Source: Propionibacterium freudenreichii subsp. freudenreichii (GTDB taxonomy: Bacteria; Actinomycetota; Actinomycetes; Propionibacteriales; Propionibacteriaceae). Taken from it: a DNA stretch of 32,000 nucleotides. Below the pieces are notes generated by a model that had not been told where the DNA came from, did not search any database, and saw only the letters and a program-made list of their open reading frames with translations. Below, one piece after another: positions 28,878 to 32,000 of the stretch. Each line of letters opens with the position of its first letter. Positions within the stretch are counted from its first letter, which is position 1. The DNA lies in contig NZ_CP010341.1 in NCBI RefSeq assembly GCF_000940845.1, forward strand, positions 690,001 to 722,000, written 5' to 3'. A program made the translations under genes and the position numbers.

Positions 28878-30194
28878 ATGAGTGAGGCGAACGGGCGTGT
28901 GTTGGTGTGTCCCAATTGTGGGTCGCCGGTCAGTGACGACGATGTGACGTGCCCCGTCTGCGGGGTCGATCTGCGCGGAGCCGATCTGGGCAGGGCCAAC
29001 CTGCCCAGAGCCGGGAACGACACGGCAGCGGCAGGGGCATCATCGCCGACCCCGACGTCTGACACACAGTCCTCCGGTGCCCCATCGTCCACGACGGACT
29101 CGCCGGATGCCGAGCCGACCATTTCCGTCGCCGCTTCCCCTGACTCCACGACGCCGGTGGGGGACAAGGCGTCCGGCCCGGCAACCTCCCCGGCCGTGAG
29201 TGCCCAGGACTGGAGGGACTACTTCCAGCTGCTCAACGGCCGTGCGCCCACTGAGGCCGAGTTCCAGCGCGCCGTGGCCGATGGTGCCGCTCGACCGCTG
29301 CAGGCAGCCCCGACCTTCACGGAATCCGGTCCCCAGGGGGGTGGACAAGCCTCGCCAGTGCCGCCGCAGCAGGCGACTATGCCCCAGCTGCCGCTGATGG
29401 GCCAGCCATCGGCCGCCCCCGGGCAACAGCAAGCCTTCGGTCAACAACAACCCGTGGGCGCCCAGCAATTCGCCAGCCAGCAACAGTTCTTCGGGCAGCA
29501 GCCCCAGATGGCTGGTCAGCCACTGATGATGACCGCCCCCGTCCAGCCCGCGGCTGACAGCGCCTTCGTGGCGCACAGCAAGGGCTACTGGGCACACCTG
29601 AAGCAGGCATGGCTGCACCCGACGTCCATCGATGCGACCATCAAGGACGGCTATGCCTGGGTCACATATGGCATCATCCTGGCCGCCGTCGTGATCACCC
29701 TGACCTACCAATTCACCAGCGTCGGGAACTTCTTCAAGGCGCTCATCCTGTTTGGCGGAGCGGCGTTGCTGCTCACTGTGGTGGCTGCGGCGTTGACGCG
29801 TGTTGTGCTCAATGTGCGATGCACCTTCACCGACATGCTCAAGCTTGGCACCCAGTCGGTCATTCCACTGATGCCGATCACGATCCTGTTCATGCTCAAT
29901 GACATGCTGCTCAACTCCCGCGTCAGCAGTTTCTATGGTTCCAGCACTGACCTGGAAGACCTGCTGAGTGACTTCTCCTCGGCAGGCTCCTTCTTCGTGG
30001 TCGCGACACTCGTGCTCCTGGGCGCGTCGCTCATCACGGTTCTCGTCTCGGTGATGATCCAGGGAGTCTATTTCTATCGGCTCTCCGCGATCACACCCGG
30101 CTCGAAAGTCGATCGCTACGGCTGGCTGGTGGTGATCAACACGGTGATGGTCATGCTCCTGGGGATCATCATCCTGTTGGCCTGGTTCAACTGA
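28878..30194 (+). CDS. Hypothetical membrane protein: N-terminal zinc ribbon, disordered S/T/P linker, one EW-F-GRxP-EF module, Gln-rich segment, C-terminal 5-TM domain
   Basis: ATG 28878 has GGGAAGG 10 nt upstream; the ORF track GTG 28788 is less likely. The zinc ribbon is CPNCG-x12-CPVCG. The module QDWRDYFQLLNGRAPTEAEFQRAVADGA lies at 29205-29291. The Q-rich stretch spans ~29355-29550. Five hydrophobic helices span 29650-30190. Confidence 0.75.
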   Translation: MSEANGRVLVCPNCGSPVSDDDVTCPVCGVDLRGADLGRANLPRAGNDTAAAGASSPTPTSDTQSSGAPSSTTDSPDAEPTISVAASPDSTTPVGDKASGPATSPAVSAQDWRDYFQLLNGRAPTEAEFQRAVADGAARPLQAAPTFTESGPQGGGQASPVPPQQATMPQLPLMGQPSAAPGQQQAFGQQQPVGAQQFASQQQFFGQQPQMAGQPLMMTAPVQPAADSAFVAHSKGYWAHLKQAWLHPTSIDATIKDGYAWVTYGIILAAVVITLTYQFTSVGNFFKALILFGGAALLLTVVAAALTRVVLNVRCTFTDMLKLGTQSVIPLMPITILFMLNDMLLNSRVSSFYGSSTDLEDLLSDFSSAGSFFVVATLVLLGASLITVLVSVMIQGVYFYRLSAITPGSKVDRYGWLVVINTVMVMLLGIIILLAWFN

Positions 30195-30218
30195 TCTCCC
30201 AGCGGGGAAGGCATTGCG

Positions 30219-31931
30219 ATGTCACAGGATGAATGGCTGAGGCAGTTCACGGCGGTCTACGGACGCCAACCCTCGTCCGAGGAGTTCCTCCGGGCCCGTG
30301 AGGGCGGCTTCGGGTCCCTGGACGCCGATCCCGTCCCTGGGGCAAACCCCGCAGCGCTCGACGGCAGCGCCCAATGGCTCGCCGACTTCCGCGAGCAGTC
30401 GGGCCGCCTGCCGACCACCCAGGAGTTCGCCGCGGCGAAGGCCGCAGGCTTTCCCCGCGGGGCCGGGCAGTCAACACCCCCGACACCGACCACTCCCCGT
30501 TCGGTCGGGTCCGCATTCAATGGGGCCATCCCGACCACCGGGGCCACCCCGGCTCCCACGGCGGGCACCCCGATGGGCGCCTCGTCGTCGTTCCCACCCG
30601 CTCCGCCCATACCCCCGGCACCCGCCATCCCACCCCTGGCCGCCCCGCCGTCCGGCAGCGGCGACAAGCCGCCGCTCTACCGTCGTTGGTGGGCCATCGT
30701 CGCCTATGTGGTGGTGTTGGCGCTCATCGCCGCCGCGGTGTGCTTCGGCATCCCCGGCACCGGAATCCACGGCCTGGTGAACAAGCCCGAAGCCGGCGCC
30801 TCCGGCTCCGCGTCGGGTGCCGCAGGCTCGGCCGCCGGCAGTGACGCCTCGGCGCGGGTTGCCTCGATGCCCGCCTCGGTGCCCTCATGCCCCCGCGGTT
30901 GGACGCCCACCACCTGGGCATCCTGGAACGGCGGGAACTCCCTGGTCTGCAAGGCCGCCGGAAAGTCCACCTTCCATGTGAATGTCACCGCCGGATCACA
31001 GAGCTACTCCACCGATGGGGCCACCACGAGTCCGACCGGCGGCTACGTCGCGAACTTTGATGGCGGTGCCTCGGCGATCGTCGCCTTCGCAGGTTCCCTG
31101 ACTCAGCTGACCGCCTCGGGCGTTTCGACGGTGAATGTCACCAGCCAGGCATGGGACAACGGCTCGAGCTCCGGATTCACCGCGGTGCCCAGTGGCCATG
31201 TCACCGCGTGCCCCAGTGGTTCGTACCCCTTCTCGATGTCCGTGTGGGGCAACCAGTGGCTGTTCACCTGCGGCGCCGACCAGAGCAATGGCACCAGCTT
31301 CGTCTACAGCAACGGCTCCACGAGCGACGCCGGCGGCGGCGTGTTGAACATGTCGGGCAAGTTCTGTGGCGCCACGATGGACGCCTACTCGATCTGCCAG
31401 GGCGCCCAGGTGGTCACGGTGAGCAGTATTGCCCACGCCACCACCACGACCTATCCCACGCAGTCCAGCTACCTTCCGGGCACCGGGGTCACCAACGCCT
31501 ACGGGCCACAGCAGGCCTCCAGCGACACGGATGCGCGCACCACGATGGACGCCGAGATCAAGCAGGACACCCCCTTGGCCGGGGCCTACCTGGTGGGGCA
31601 GTGGACGCCCCAATTGTCGGCCAAGTGGGACGGCGTCTCCTGGCAGGGCAAGACCTGGAGCAACCAGGACATTGCCAACCAATTCCGTGATTTCAAGCAG
31701 AAGTACTCCACGGCCATGATGCTGCGCTCAGCCGACTGGAGCACCCTGGGCTTGTCGGGCCACGACTGGGTCACCATGGTGGCCGGCATCTCATTCACGA
31801 ACGCCGCCGACGCCAACCGCTGGTGCTATGCAAAGGGCTTCGACTCCGACAACTGCTTTGCTGTGCAATTGGGCCATGGGGCCCCCGATCAGACCATGCA
31901 GAAGTGGACGCCGGGACACTTCGGTGACTAG
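30219..31931 (+). CDS. Hypothetical single-pass membrane protein: two cytoplasmic EW-F-GRxP-EF modules, Pro-rich linker, TM helix, ~390-aa Cys/Trp-containing extracytoplasmic domain
   Basis: GGGAAGG Shine-Dalgarno lies 8 nt upstream. Module 1 is DEWLRQFTAVYGRQPSSEEFLRAREGGFG (30219-30314). Module 2 is AQWLADFREQSGRLPTTQEFAAAKAAGFP (30369-30455). The TM helix WWAIVAYVVVLALIAAAVCFGI is at ~30686-30750. No family is recognisable by eye. Confidence 0.75.
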   Translation: MSQDEWLRQFTAVYGRQPSSEEFLRAREGGFGSLDADPVPGANPAALDGSAQWLADFREQSGRLPTTQEFAAAKAAGFPRGAGQSTPPTPTTPRSVGSAFNGAIPTTGATPAPTAGTPMGASSSFPPAPPIPPAPAIPPLAAPPSGSGDKPPLYRRWWAIVAYVVVLALIAAAVCFGIPGTGIHGLVNKPEAGASGSASGAAGSAAGSDASARVASMPASVPSCPRGWTPTTWASWNGGNSLVCKAAGKSTFHVNVTAGSQSYSTDGATTSPTGGYVANFDGGASAIVAFAGSLTQLTASGVSTVNVTSQAWDNGSSSGFTAVPSGHVTACPSGSYPFSMSVWGNQWLFTCGADQSNGTSFVYSNGSTSDAGGGVLNMSGKFCGATMDAYSICQGAQVVTVSSIAHATTTTYPTQSSYLPGTGVTNAYGPQQASSDTDARTTMDAEIKQDTPLAGAYLVGQWTPQLSAKWDGVSWQGKTWSNQDIANQFRDFKQKYSTAMMLRSADWSTLGLSGHDWVTMVAGISFTNAADANRWCYAKGFDSDNCFAVQLGHGAPDQTMQKWTPGHFGD

Positions 31932-31943
31932 GAAGGCAGATCG

Positions 31944-32000
31944 ATGAGGGACGAATGGCTGCGCCAGTTCCGGGCGACCCAGGGCAGGGACCCCTCGCCC
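31944..32000 (+). CDS. Start of a third paralogous gene (truncated by window end)
   Basis: GGAAGG Shine-Dalgarno lies 7 nt upstream of ATG 31944. It encodes MRDEWLRQFRATQGRDPSP. The DNA gaatggctg...cagttc is shared with the start of the previous gene. Confidence 0.6.
   Translation, partial: MRDEWLRQFRATQGRDPSP

Noticed and set aside
28547-29167. 206-aa minus-strand ORF covering the chorismate mutase/hypothetical gene intergenic region.
   Set aside because: It is antisense to the zinc-ribbon gene 5' end, has no motifs and has no ribosome-binding site. It is a shadow ORF.

Overview
GC-rich actinobacterial chromosomal DNA that looks like Propionibacteriaceae. The BluB/CobT2 fusion gene is the hallmark described for Propionibacterium freudenreichii. 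Almost all genes are on the + strand and the window is mostly core housekeeping. The order is coaA (partial, -), glmS, acpS, nnr, a GT4 glycosyltransferase (-), and a DEAD-box RNA helicase with a very long low-complexity N-terminus. Next come the t6A operon (GNAT-tsaE fusion, tsaB, rimI, tsaD), bluB/cobT2, pepC, a Nudix hydrolase, an MFS transporter and a SAM methyltransferase. These are followed by a 4-gene OpuC-type osmoprotectant ABC operon, groES-groEL behind two CIRCE operators, guaB, a guaB3-like gene and a chorismate mutase. The window ends with a tandem set of uncharacterised membrane-protein genes that runs off the edge. The backbone is syntenic with the M. tuberculosis Rv3436c-Rv3410c region (glmS ... 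tsaE-tsaB-rimI-tsaD-groES-groEL ... guaB2-guaB3). About 11 kb of lineage-specific genes sit between tsaD and groES. I found no rRNA, tRNA, CRISPR array, transposase, integrase or phage gene. The most novel signal is at 28.9-32.0 kb. Three consecutive genes there encode otherwise dissimilar membrane proteins that share a short cytoplasmic module (E-W-[LR]-x-x-F-x4-G-R-x-P-[ST]-x-x-E-F) and the same GGAAGG ribosome-binding context. Other points worth a second look are the ~615-aa mixed-charge repeat extension on the helicase, the GNAT-TsaE fusion, and start codons 6-8 nt downstream of TAnnnT -10 boxes (leaderless mRNAs). All calls come from reading the sequence and the ORF track; no database search was run.
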